Shown here: positions 8,251 through 17,662 of the stretch, piece by piece
Numbering within the stretch: the stretch's first letter is position 1
Layout of the letters: each line of letters starts with the position of its first letter
Assembly (NCBI GenBank): GCA_039589315.1
Contig: JBDHHQ010000016.1
Location: 1 to 64,000, forward strand
Reading direction: 5' to 3'
From: Gemmatimonadota bacterium
GTDB lineage: Bacteria > Gemmatimonadota > Gemmatimonadetes > Longimicrobiales > Gaopeijiaceae
DNA length: 64,000 nt
The notes under the pieces: model-generated
The model's input: the letters and a program-made list of their open reading frames with translations, nothing else
What the model was told of the DNA's origin: nothing
Databases searched by the model: none
Position numbers and translations under genes: made by a program

Positions 8251-10014
8251 TCACTCTCCTTTCTTCTTGAACGGACGGAAGAGCGTGCCCTCTTCCGGAA
8301 GTCCCCAGTTGAAGAATTCGATGACGTTGAGCCGAAGGCCGTGGATGAACCCACTCGTCACGGCCAACACGAGATTGAGGGTGTGCCCCACCACCAGGAT
8401 CGTGAGCGCGGCGAGCAGGCCCACACCGGGAATCGCTTCCCGGGCGCCTGCCGCCATGCCGTTGAAGGCCACAGCCAGTGACGCCGACGCCAGTCCCAGG
8501 GCGAAAAGCCGCAGATAGCTCAGCACGTCGCCGAACAGCTGGGAAAGGCGGGTCAGTGCAGCCAGGCCCTTGCCGACCCGCCCCAGTGGGCGGGCCCCAT
8601 GACCCGAGAACGCGACCACCAGGAGGAGCCCCAACGCTGCCGCCACCAGGCCCGGCGTGCGCAGCGCCTCCAGGCCCGATTGCGTCGAGAGGAGCCCAGC
8701 GTACCCGCCCAGCACCACGCCCACCCAACCGATCGGAGCCAGGGCAGCGGGTGTGCGTCCTTTGCGCCCCGCGTCCATGAGGTTGGCGAGGGCCACGTGC
8801 AGCACCCCGATGGTCACCGCCAGGCCCATCATGACGGTGGTGTTGCTCATGTCCAGGACCGCCAGCCGGCCCAGAACGCCGTCGGGGTCGGGCGAGACGC
8901 CGAAGTACGAGCCCACGAGCACCCCGTAGCCCACCGTCGCCACCACCAGGGCCAGTAGCACCCAGCGCCAGCGGCTGCCGGCCGCCGAGGCAGACATGGG
9001 CTTCCAGAATCGCGCCAGGGGAAGCGCCAGCACCAGGCCGTACCCGGCGTCCGACACGATCATGGCAAAGAAGATGGCGAAGGAGTAGAGCACGGCCGCG
9101 GAGGGATCCCAGGACCGGTAGCCCGGCGTCTTGTAGAAGTTCACCAGGTCCTCGCCACCCCGGGCTCGGTCGTCGTTCTCGAGGAGCGTCGGCGGGGTCT
9201 CGTCCGGGTCGGGCGGGCGCGTCTCCAACACGACACCCCGCTCGTTCGCGAACTGCTTCAGCACGTCCAGAGATTCGTCGGGTGCCCACGCCAGGAGCGC
9301 GAAGAGAGGGTCCGACTCGAGGCACTGTTGGCCCGCCAGGTTTCGCCCGGCCAGGTCCTCCAGGTCGTCGAGGCTGCTGGACAGGAGCCCTCGCCAACGG
9401 GTCAGGCGGATGCGCTCCAGATGCGCGTCCTCCAGGGCCAGCTCGACCTCCTCGAGGCGCCGCTCCAGCTCGTGCCGGGAGACCTTGCCGGTCCGGACGC
9501 GAGGCGCCGGCACGCCGGTCGGCTCGCCCTCGGAAACGATCACCACATACGAGCTCCGGCCGTCCCTACCGACCTCTTCCCAGACGAGGTCGGTGGCCGC
9601 CAGGTCGGCGAGGCGGTTCCTGGGCACCACATAGAACCAGAGCCGCTGACCCGCCAGATCCTCCCGGAGGGGAAACGTGAAGTCGCCCCAGGGGCTCAGC
9701 GCTTCGATGCGCTGAATGAGGTGGTCCCGCTCGAGCTCCAGGTCGTGGGTACGCTCCTGGAGCGCCACGACCTCGGCTTCCACCGCCACCGCATCGAAGT
9801 CCGCCGGGTTGGTGGCCGGCCGCTGCTTCTGCGGACAGCGGTTCAGGTAGGCCAACGCTTCGCGGCTTCTCTTGGCCGGATCCCCTTCCACCATCCGGCC
9901 CGACACCAAGGGAATGAGCTCGAGGCAGCCCAGCTCCTGGAGCTCCTCCAGGACGGCGTCCTTCTGCGACTCGTGGCCCGCGATCGTGATCCGGCTCAGG
10001 GGGACGATGGCCAC
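8251..10014 (-). CDS. ntpI: V/A-type ATPase subunit I (a)
   Basis: MAIVPL start, PPTLLEN, FFAMIVSDAGYG, DVLSYLRLFAL (essential Arg), HGLRLNVIEFF. Confidence 0.95.
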   Translation of the reverse strand: MAIVPLSRITIAGHESQKDAVLEELQELGCLELIPLVSGRMVEGDPAKRSREALAYLNRCPQKQRPATNPADFDAVAVEAEVVALQERTHDLELERDHLIQRIEALSPWGDFTFPLREDLAGQRLWFYVVPRNRLADLAATDLVWEEVGRDGRSSYVVIVSEGEPTGVPAPRVRTGKVSRHELERRLEEVELALEDAHLERIRLTRWRGLLSSSLDDLEDLAGRNLAGQQCLESDPLFALLAWAPDESLDVLKQFANERGVVLETRPPDPDETPPTLLENDDRARGGEDLVNFYKTPGYRSWDPSAAVLYSFAIFFAMIVSDAGYGLVLALPLARFWKPMSASAAGSRWRWVLLALVVATVGYGVLVGSYFGVSPDPDGVLGRLAVLDMSNTTVMMGLAVTIGVLHVALANLMDAGRKGRTPAALAPIGWVGVVLGGYAGLLSTQSGLEALRTPGLVAAALGLLLVVAFSGHGARPLGRVGKGLAALTRLSQLFGDVLSYLRLFALGLASASLAVAFNGMAAGAREAIPGVGLLAALTILVVGHTLNLVLAVTSGFIHGLRLNVIEFFNWGLPEEGTLFRPFKKKGE

Positions 10015-10643
10015 GCCGGCTCCTCCTCGTCCTCATCGGTTCCGAACCGAGAGGCGCGTTGCCGCGCCTTCGCGAGCTTGGCCTGCACCACCGCTGCCCG
10101 CTCCAGGTCACCGAGGAAGATCCTGATCCGCTGGATGTTCTTCTTGGCACGGGGTATGAGGATCTTCTCGAAGAGGTTGACCCGCTGCGTGATCCGACGC
10201 TCGGCCCGGGTCAGGATGCGGACGCGCTCCTCGGCCACCTGGATGCGCGTCCTCGCTTCGGCGGCGTCCTTCAGGCGCTCCACGAGCGCGTCCACCCACG
10301 CTGGCTTGGCCAGTAGCGAGTACTCGGCGACCTCGCACTCGACGTTCTCGAGCAGCGGCAGCCGGACGCCCACGACGTTCTCCTCTTCGAGGTCGAAGGC
10401 GGTCATCCGCACCAGACCCAGGAGGTCGACGGCCGTATTGGCCAGCATGGGGAGCTCGACGCCGATGCGTGCTTCCAACCGCTCGACCTCGGCCTGCGTT
10501 GCTTTGTGCTCGTCTCTGGCCTTGTCGAGCTCCAGCTTGAGCTGCCGTCGCTTGAGATCCAGCGAAGGGAGCAGCTTCTCGTACAGCTGCAGGCGCGTTC
10601 GCTCCTGCTGCAGCGAGGCCTTGCTGAGCTTCAAGCGCGCCAT
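9996..10643 (-). CDS. ntpD: V/A-type ATPase subunit D
   Basis: LPSLDLKRRQL, ENVVGVRLP, TQRVNLFEKILIP. Confidence 0.95.
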   Translation of the reverse strand: MARLKLSKASLQQERTRLQLYEKLLPSLDLKRRQLKLELDKARDEHKATQAEVERLEARIGVELPMLANTAVDLLGLVRMTAFDLEEENVVGVRLPLLENVECEVAEYSLLAKPAWVDALVERLKDAAEARTRIQVAEERVRILTRAERRITQRVNLFEKILIPRAKKNIQRIRIFLGDLERAAVVQAKLAKARQRASRFGTDEDEEEPAWPSSP

Positions 10644-10646
10644 GGG

Positions 10647-11993
10647 TCAGGCCTCGACCAGGTCGCTGTCGCCGTCGCCTTGCCCTGGGTAGTAACGGTC
10701 CACCAGGTCCTGCTTCATCAGGAGCTCGTGGGGCTCGAAGCACTCCGCCAATGTCTGCCAGCTCACGTCCAGGGCCTTGCGAAGCGGCATGGACACGTCC
10801 ACGTCCATGAAGCGGCGTCGGAACAGGTCGCCGAACTTGAGCAGCTTCATGTCGAAGTCCGAGAGCTCGAAGGCCATGGCCTGTTTCTGCTGTGCTTCCC
10901 GGGCCCCGGCGTAGAAGCGGACCATCGTGTTCATGATCTGCGGGTGATCTTCCCGGGTCACCTTGCCCACGACGTGCTGCTTGAGGCGCGACAGCGACCC
11001 GAACGGGTCGATCACGCCGTCGTGCAGGTAGAACTGGCCCTCGGTGATGTAGCCGGTGTTGTCCGGGACGGGGTGGGTCACGTCGTTCCCCGGCATGGTG
11101 GTCGCGGTGATGATCGTGACCGAGCCGGCGCCCCTGAAGTCGCACGCCTTTTCATAGCGACGCGCGAGCTGAGTGTAGAGGTCCCCCATGTAGCCGCGGG
11201 TGGCCGGGATCCGGGCCTGCGCCACGCCGATCTCCTTCATGGCATCCGCGTAGGCCGTCATGTCTGTCATGAGGACGAGCACCCGCTTCGAATGCTCCAT
11301 GGCGAAGCGCTCGGCCACGGCAAGTGCCATGTCCGGCACCAGGAGCCGCTCGACGATGGGATCCGAGGCCAGGTTCACGTACATGATGGTGCGGTGGGAG
11401 ACTCCGTTCTCCTCGAATGCTGTCCGGAAGAAGTGGAAGTCGTCGAAGATGAGGCCCAATCCGCCGAAGATGACGATGTCGGCGTCGGCCTGGAACCCGA
11501 TCCGCGCCAGTAGCGCGTTGAACGGCTCCCCCGCCACCGAAAAGATGGGGATCTTCTGACTCTCCACGAGGCTGTTGAAGAGGTCGATCATCGGGACTTC
11601 GGTCTCGATCATCTTCGACGGCATGACCCGCATCATGGGGTTCACCGTGGGGCCGGCCACGCGAATGCTGGGCTCCGCGTCCAGCGCCGGCTTCCCGTCG
11701 ATGGGCTCGCCCGAGCCGCGGAAGATCCGCCCCAGGATGTTGTCCGAGAAGGTGACCTCCTGCGGATGACCCAGGAAACGGACCCGGGCATCCGTCGCGA
11801 TGCCCTTGCCGCCCGCGAAGACCTGGAGGCTGGCGATGTCCCGCTCCAGCTCCACCACGCTGGCTGCCGACGTCTCGCCGTCCGAGCTCTCCACGACGGC
11901 CAGGTCCCCCAGTGCCACGCCTGTGGCGTGGACCCGGATCATGTCGCCTACGATCTCAAGGACGCCGGTGTGGCGGACGAGTGTTTCGAGCAT
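10647..11993 (-). CDS. ntpB: V/A-type ATPase subunit B
   Basis: SQKIPIFS, TDMTAYADA, RGYMGDLYTQLA, THPVPDNTGYITEGQ, PFGSLSRLK. Confidence 0.97.
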   Translation of the reverse strand: MLETLVRHTGVLEIVGDMIRVHATGVALGDLAVVESSDGETSAASVVELERDIASLQVFAGGKGIATDARVRFLGHPQEVTFSDNILGRIFRGSGEPIDGKPALDAEPSIRVAGPTVNPMMRVMPSKMIETEVPMIDLFNSLVESQKIPIFSVAGEPFNALLARIGFQADADIVIFGGLGLIFDDFHFFRTAFEENGVSHRTIMYVNLASDPIVERLLVPDMALAVAERFAMEHSKRVLVLMTDMTAYADAMKEIGVAQARIPATRGYMGDLYTQLARRYEKACDFRGAGSVTIITATTMPGNDVTHPVPDNTGYITEGQFYLHDGVIDPFGSLSRLKQHVVGKVTREDHPQIMNTMVRFYAGAREAQQKQAMAFELSDFDMKLLKFGDLFRRRFMDVDVSMPLRKALDVSWQTLAECFEPHELLMKQDLVDRYYPGQGDGDSDLVEA

Positions 11994-12255
11994 GGTCGTC
12001 GGGTGCTTGATTTCGGGGCGTTCGCGAGGCTACCAGGGCGGCGTCGCGGACTCTGGACTCTCGGTGCCAAGGCTCCGGCAGAGCCCGATCCTGCCTTCCG
12101 AAATCCCCCGGAGCGAGTGGCGTGGCACATGATAGCGTGACATCCGGCCGCGCGGTATCCGTATTGGGCTCTGGTGGCACCGGAGGACGGATGGAGTGCG
12201 GCCTGGCCGACCCCTGACGATGGGCGTGTCCGTTCACCCGCGTTAGCTTTGGACG

Positions 12256-13428
12256 ATGGACATCCGGACCAAGCTGGTGTTCGCCCTTGTGGCCGTCGCC
12301 GTGGGTAGCATGGCGGTGCTGGGCGCGTTCGCCTACCGGACCGCTCGTGATTCCCTCCGCGACAGCTCCCGCCAGAGGCTCGAGGCCGTGGCGGTGAGTC
12401 GGCTCGATGACCTCGAGAACGTCACCCGAGCCTGGCACGACCGCGCCCACCTCATCTCCACGCGCACCCAGCTCAGGCTGAGCCTCCGGGCGTATCGGAG
12501 TGGTCACGACCCGGCCGAGCGACGGCGCATCACCCGCATCATCGGTGACGCGCTCCGTTCGGTGCCCTCCATCAGGCGGATCACCGTCTATGACGCCGAC
12601 GGTCATGTCGTGGCCTCGGCCACCAATCCGCCTCTGAGAGCGGGGGAGGGGTACGTCGACGCCGACCGACCGCTCGCCGACATCGATCCAGACAGCTTTC
12701 CGGACCCGGGTCGGTACGCCCGCGGCGATCTGTTCCTGGTGGAGGACGAGCTGCACATCACCTTCGACATGGGGCTGGAGATCGAGGGCGACCCAGCGGG
12801 ATGGGCGCAGATCGTCATCGGTGCCACCGAGTTGACCGACATCACCGACGACTTCGAGGGGCTGGGAGAGACGGGAGAGATCCTGATCGCCGCCCCGGCT
12901 CCGGACGGGGAGGTGCTCATTCTCAACGCAACCCGCCACAGTCCGAGTGGACCCATGAGCCTGCGCATACCCGACGACGGACAGCTTCGCCCGTCCCAAC
13001 TGGCGGTCGCCGGTGGCCTGACCGCGACGCTGGAGAACGCCGTCGACTACCGCGGGCGTGAAGTGTGGGCCGCCACCCGCCACCTGGAGGACCTGGGCTG
13101 GGGGTTGGTGGCCAAGTTCGACGCAGAGGAGCAGGAGCGGCCGGTGCGGGAGCTGCGGGAATCCATGGTCCGGGTGGGGATCTCCCTCTCCGCCTTAGCG
13201 GTCGTGGTGGGCACGTTGCTGGGTCTGTGGTTCGCGCGGCCCATCCGGCACCTGGCGGCCGTGGCCGACCGGATCCGCAACGGCGAGCTCGACGTCCGCG
13301 CCGAGGTGGAGGGCGCCGACGAGATCGGTCTGCTCGCGGACACCTTCAACCGGATGACGGAGGAGCTGCTTCGCGCCGACCGTCACCTGCGGACCGAGGA
13401 CGAGCAAGACACCCCAACCGACGGCTGA
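12256..13428 (+). CDS. Membrane sensor: TM-Cache-like periplasmic domain-TM-HAMP, no output domain
   Basis: N-terminal TM; GLGETGEILI and DYRGREVWAATRHLEDLGWGLVAKFD (Cache-like); second TM; HAMP (RPIRHL...DEIGLLADTFNRM); stops about 20 aa later. Confidence 0.85.
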   Translation: MDIRTKLVFALVAVAVGSMAVLGAFAYRTARDSLRDSSRQRLEAVAVSRLDDLENVTRAWHDRAHLISTRTQLRLSLRAYRSGHDPAERRRITRIIGDALRSVPSIRRITVYDADGHVVASATNPPLRAGEGYVDADRPLADIDPDSFPDPGRYARGDLFLVEDELHITFDMGLEIEGDPAGWAQIVIGATELTDITDDFEGLGETGEILIAAPAPDGEVLILNATRHSPSGPMSLRIPDDGQLRPSQLAVAGGLTATLENAVDYRGREVWAATRHLEDLGWGLVAKFDAEEQERPVRELRESMVRVGISLSALAVVVGTLLGLWFARPIRHLAAVADRIRNGELDVRAEVEGADEIGLLADTFNRMTEELLRADRHLRTEDEQDTPTDG

Positions 13429-13434
13429 GGGCCG

Positions 13435-14388
13435 GTGTTCGCTCTCGAAGTCTTCGGCGGCATCACCTACCTCTTCCTGGGCGGTGACCTGCTCGTGCGG
13501 GGCGCGGTCGCCCTGTCGCGTCGGATCCGCGTCTCGCCGATGCTCGTGGGGATCACCGTGGTGGCGTTCGGCACGTCGGCGCCCGAGCTGCTCGTGGCCA
13601 TACGAGCCGCCGCCACGGATCACGCGACCCTGGCCATGGGCAACGTTGTCGGCAGCAACATCGCCAACGTGCTCTTCGTCGTGGGCGCTCCCGCGATCAT
13701 CTATCCCATGGCGTGCGCCCATCCGTCAGCCCGGCGGGACGGCGTGCTGATGGTCGTGGCCACGCTGGTGTTCGTGGGGCTGTGCTCCATCGGGCCGTTG
13801 GGACTGGCTCAGGGGAGCCTGCTGTTGCTGGGCATCACCGCCTTTCTCGTGTACGAAGGGGCCTCCGCGGTTTCGGATGACGCGCGCACGCCGGGAGAGT
13901 CGGCCGAGTTGGAGCGCGTCCTGGGGCTCCCCGACACCCGGCGCCTCATCGGCCTGTTCATCGCGCTCGGCAGCCTGGCTCTCGCGGTGGGAGCCGAGCT
14001 CACGGTCCACGGCGCGACGGGACTCGCGCTCCAATTCGGGCTGAGCGAGGCCGTGGTGGGGTTGTCCGTCGTGGCCATCGGCACGTCGCTGCCTGAGCTC
14101 GCGACGACCCTCGTGGCCGCCTTCAAGCGGGAGGCGGAAGTCGCCGTAGGCAACATCCTGGGCAGCAACCTCTTCAATCTGCTGGCCATCGGGGGGGTGA
14201 TCGCCGTGCTCAGCCCGACCCCGGTGGAGGCCAGCACCTCGTTCGTGCCCGACTTCGCGGTCATGGTGGCAGCAGCCCTGGTGTTCTTCTACTTCACCTG
14301 GCGGGGCGCCACGGTCGGGCGGCGCGCGGGGCTCGTCATGGTCGTGCTATACGGTGCCTACCTGGCCGCTCGCGTGCCGCTCGCGTGA
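13435..14388 (+). CDS. Ca2+/Na+ antiporter, CaCA family (YrbG-like)
   Basis: Alpha repeats GTSAPEL...GNVVGSN and GTSLPEL...GNILGSN. Confidence 0.93.
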   Translation: MFALEVFGGITYLFLGGDLLVRGAVALSRRIRVSPMLVGITVVAFGTSAPELLVAIRAAATDHATLAMGNVVGSNIANVLFVVGAPAIIYPMACAHPSARRDGVLMVVATLVFVGLCSIGPLGLAQGSLLLLGITAFLVYEGASAVSDDARTPGESAELERVLGLPDTRRLIGLFIALGSLALAVGAELTVHGATGLALQFGLSEAVVGLSVVAIGTSLPELATTLVAAFKREAEVAVGNILGSNLFNLLAIGGVIAVLSPTPVEASTSFVPDFAVMVAAALVFFYFTWRGATVGRRAGLVMVVLYGAYLAARVPLA

Positions 14389-14395
14389 AGGGCGC

Positions 14396-17104
14396 CTATT
14401 CGGCTCGAAGCACGGTCACCGGATCCAGCCCGGTGGCCTTCCGCGCAGGCAGATACGACGCCAGGGCGGCCGCGCTCAGGAACACGGCAGCGACTACCGT
14501 GAAGGTCAACGGGTCGGTCGAGCTCACCCCGAAGAGGTAGCTCGTCAGAAGCCGGGTCATCAGGAGCGCTGCCACCACCCCCAGGGCCACTCCCGTCACC
14601 GTGAGGCGCATGCCTCGGCCCAGGACCAGTCGGAGGATGCCGGCCCTCTCGGAGCCCAGGGCCATGCGGATGCCGATCTCCCGGAGACGTTGACCGACAG
14701 TGTAGGAGAGCACCCCGTAGAGGCCGACGATGGCCAGGAGGCCGGCGACGGCGGCGAACATGCCGATCAGCGTCAGGGCGAACCGGTTCGTCGCCAACTG
14801 GTCCGCCACCAGGTCGGCCATGGGACGGGGGTCGTCCAGGGGGACGTTGGCGTCCATGGCCAGCAACTCGGCCCGCACCGGCCCGATCAGGGTCGTGGGA
14901 TCGCCGGCGGTGCGCACTGCGAAGTTGACCTCCCAGTCGGTCCACGCCCAACCACGGGAGTCGAAGTACACGGCAGGCTCGGCAGGCTCTCGCAGGTCGA
15001 CATACTGCACGTCGTTCACCACGCCGATCACCTCGAACTCCACCATGCCACCACCCCACGGGTTGGCCCCCACCACCTCGCCAAGGGCGCTCCGCCCCGG
15101 CCAGGCTCGCTCCGCTAGCGCCCGACTGACCAGCACCACCTCCCGCCGGTCGTCCGGCAGGAAGGTGCGCCCGTCCAGGATCCGCGCCCCCACCGTCTCG
15201 AAGTAGGTGGGCGTGGCCAGACGGTAGTCCGCGTAGGATCTGGCCTCCTCCCCGACGTCACCGGCCGTGAACAGTCCCGACCAGCTCCGGCCGGCGAAGG
15301 GCATGGGCCATACGACCCCGGCCGACCGGACGCCCGGCAGTCCCTCCACGCGATCCTCCAGCTCACGGAAGAACCGGTCAGCCTCGTCGGGCCAGCCGTA
15401 CTGGGTGCCCGGCAGCGAGACCGAGAAGGTCAGGAGGTCGTCGGTTTCGAAGCCGGGCTCGACCTGGTGGAGCTGGATCAGGCTCGCCGCCAGCAGCCCA
15501 GCCCCCGTGAGCAGCACGAGTGAGGTGGCGATCTGGACAACCACCAGGGCACCGCCGAGTCGCAGACGGCCGGGCGTGGACGTGCGACCGTCTCGCAGTC
15601 CCCGGCCCGGAGTGGCGCGAGCGGCTACCACCGCCGGCGTCAGCCCGAACAGGATGGTGCAGAGCAGCGACACCGCCAGCGCGAACCCGAGCACCCCCGG
15701 CGCGAGGGTCACGTCGTCGGACCGGGGCAATCCGGCGGGCGCCAGGGCGTCCAGGACCTCGATACCGCCGTAGGCGAGGGCCACGCCGGCGGCGCCGCCC
15801 AGGAGGGCCAGCGCCAGGCTCTCGGCCAGCAGCAGACGCACCACCCTGCTGCGGCCCGAGCCCAGCGCCATGCGGAGAGCGATCTCCCGGCTCCGGGTCC
15901 GGGTTCGAGCCAGCAGCAGGTTCATGACGTTGGCGCAGGCGATGAGCAGGACCAGAGCCACCGCACCGAGCAGCATCAGGAGCGTGGGGCGGACGTCCTG
16001 CACGACGTTGTCCAACAGCCGGGTCGCGGCCAGCGTGAGGCCGGCGCGATCGTGCTCCGGGAAGCGGCGGCGCAGGTCCCCGGCCAACGCCTCCAACTGG
16101 GTTTGGGCTTCGGTCATGTTGGCGCCGGGGGCCAGGCGGCCGATCACCCGGAAGAGTGCGAACTCGGGCCCCTGAGCCCCCCAGGCGTCACCGTTCTGCC
16201 ACCAGTCGTCCGGTACCTTCCACGCCTCGATGTCGTCGGTCAGGCCCGGCAGGTGCAGACGGAACCCTTCGGGCAGGACGCCCACCACCGTGTAGGGGTG
16301 GCCGTCCAGGAGGACGCTGCCGCCGATCACGGCGGGATCCGAGCCGAATGCCGTCGCCCACAACGCGTGACCGAGGACAGCGGTGCCAGGAGGATCGTGA
16401 GGCTCGAATCCCCGGCCGATGGCCGCCTCCACGCCCAGCACGCGGAAGAGGTTGCTGGACGCCCAGCCCACCGCGACGCGGCGGGGCGGCTCCAGCCCGG
16501 TCAGGTTCTGGCGGATGCGTCCGACGGCCGCCACGTCCTTCAGCGCCGGCACCCAATCCTGGATGTCCCGGAAGTCCCCCCCGGAGTGGGAGGCGTGCTC
16601 GATCTGGTCGTTGGAGAGGCTGGCCTGGACGTACACGAGCTCATGGGAATCGTCGTAGTCCAGCGGCTTCAACAGAACGCCGTGAACGACGGAGAAGATG
16701 GCGGTGTTCAGCCCGATGCCGAGGCCCAACGTCGCTACGACCGTGAGCGTCAGGACAGGGGAGCGCCGCAAGGCCCGAAAGGCCTGCTTGGCGTCCCGGG
16801 TCAGAGCCTTCAGGGGTTCCCTTCCGCCGAATCCCGAGCCCCGCCCGACGAGGACTGTCGTGGCCGCCCGAGCCTCGGCCAGCCGGGGGTATGACGCGGG
16901 CGCTGCGGGGCGCAGGCGCAAACGCACGCCCACGGCGGCGAGATCCCACCAGGTCCGCAGCCAGAAGCGGGGCCCCGGACGCTTCCCGAGCTCGGCCCAA
17001 CGCGCGTGCTCGTCCTCGACGAACTCCTGGATCTCGTCGGCATGGACCTCCCTGAACGCCCTTGGATACAAGCGCAGGAGCAGCCCAGTAATCGCCTTCC
17101 CCAT
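14396..17104 (-). CDS. ADOP family duplicated ABC permease (MacB/FtsX x2), copy 1
   Basis: N-terminal LLRLYPRAFRE prefix; LGIGLNTAIFS, LLIACANVMNLLL, REIGIRMALG, DPVTVLRAE. Start placed at ATG 17104 after a GGAGG RBS. Confidence 0.92.
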   Translation of the reverse strand: MGKAITGLLLRLYPRAFREVHADEIQEFVEDEHARWAELGKRPGPRFWLRTWWDLAAVGVRLRLRPAAPASYPRLAEARAATTVLVGRGSGFGGREPLKALTRDAKQAFRALRRSPVLTLTVVATLGLGIGLNTAIFSVVHGVLLKPLDYDDSHELVYVQASLSNDQIEHASHSGGDFRDIQDWVPALKDVAAVGRIRQNLTGLEPPRRVAVGWASSNLFRVLGVEAAIGRGFEPHDPPGTAVLGHALWATAFGSDPAVIGGSVLLDGHPYTVVGVLPEGFRLHLPGLTDDIEAWKVPDDWWQNGDAWGAQGPEFALFRVIGRLAPGANMTEAQTQLEALAGDLRRRFPEHDRAGLTLAATRLLDNVVQDVRPTLLMLLGAVALVLLIACANVMNLLLARTRTRSREIALRMALGSGRSRVVRLLLAESLALALLGGAAGVALAYGGIEVLDALAPAGLPRSDDVTLAPGVLGFALAVSLLCTILFGLTPAVVAARATPGRGLRDGRTSTPGRLRLGGALVVVQIATSLVLLTGAGLLAASLIQLHQVEPGFETDDLLTFSVSLPGTQYGWPDEADRFFRELEDRVEGLPGVRSAGVVWPMPFAGRSWSGLFTAGDVGEEARSYADYRLATPTYFETVGARILDGRTFLPDDRREVVLVSRALAERAWPGRSALGEVVGANPWGGGMVEFEVIGVVNDVQYVDLREPAEPAVYFDSRGWAWTDWEVNFAVRTAGDPTTLIGPVRAELLAMDANVPLDDPRPMADLVADQLATNRFALTLIGMFAAVAGLLAIVGLYGVLSYTVGQRLREIGIRMALGSERAGILRLVLGRGMRLTVTGVALGVVAALLMTRLLTSYLFGVSSTDPLTFTVVAAVFLSAAALASYLPARKATGLDPVTVLRAE

Positions 17105-17127
17105 CCTCCCGTCCTCCCCGCCTCCGG

Positions 17128-17496
17128 TCATCTCGTCCTGCCGGTCTCGGGCATCAGGTCTCGCCTCTGGGCGTACCGCACGATGTCCCTCAGCCGGGAA
17201 AGCTCCGCCTCCATCTGACGGCGCCCCTCGTCGGTGATGCGGTACGACCTGCGGGGCCTTCCCCGGCTGGGGGCGCCGGTACCCTCGGCTTCTTCGATCC
17301 AACCGCTCCCCAGCATGCGGTGGATCGCCTCATACAGCGTCCCCGGACCCAGGCTCAACGAACCGTCCGTACGCTCCTCCACTTCCCGTTTGATGCCATA
17401 CCCGTGGCGCTCGCCCTCGGCGAGAGACATCAGGATGTGAAGAGCCGCGGGCGTAAGCAGGCTCCGGGGTGTGCGGGTGGAGGAAGAGGACGGCAT
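17128..17496 (-). CDS. PadR family transcriptional regulator (acidobacterial type)
   Basis: HILMSL, HGYGI, LGPGTLYEAIHRM, RRSYRITDEGR. Confidence 0.92.
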   Translation of the reverse strand: MPSSSSTRTPRSLLTPAALHILMSLAEGERHGYGIKREVEERTDGSLSLGPGTLYEAIHRMLGSGWIEEAEGTGAPSRGRPRRSYRITDEGRRQMEAELSRLRDIVRYAQRRDLMPETGRTR

Positions 17497-17555
17497 GTCG
17501 CTCGCTCGCATTTCTCTGGGCTGCCGCCTCAGCGGGATCGTGCTTGGGTCCGCAC

Positions 17556-17617
17556 TATATCGGCAACCGAGTATGTCGGTGACCGATAATTATGATGAGA
17601 TCGGGATGGGTTGTAAA
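17556..17617 (-). promoter_or_regulatory. Promoter and tandem palindromic operator for PadR-ADOP module 1
   Basis: Minus strand TTTACA (17612-17617)-N17-CATAAT (17589-17594). Immediately downstream are two TCGG-N3-CCGA palindromes (TATATCGGCAACCGAG, TATGTCGGTGACCGAT; 17556-17587). Confidence 0.75.
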
Positions 17618-17625
17618 GGACTCAC

Positions 17626-17655
17626 GGCGCTCGCCCCCCGAAGGAGACGAGCGCC
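17626..17655 (-). terminator. UUCG-tetraloop hairpin after the stop codon of ADOP copy 2
   Basis: Minus-strand RNA GGCGCUCGUCUCC-UUCG-GGGGGCGAGCGCC gives a 13-bp stem with two G-U pairs. The U tract is weak. Confidence 0.55.
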
Positions 17656-17662
17656 CGGAAGC

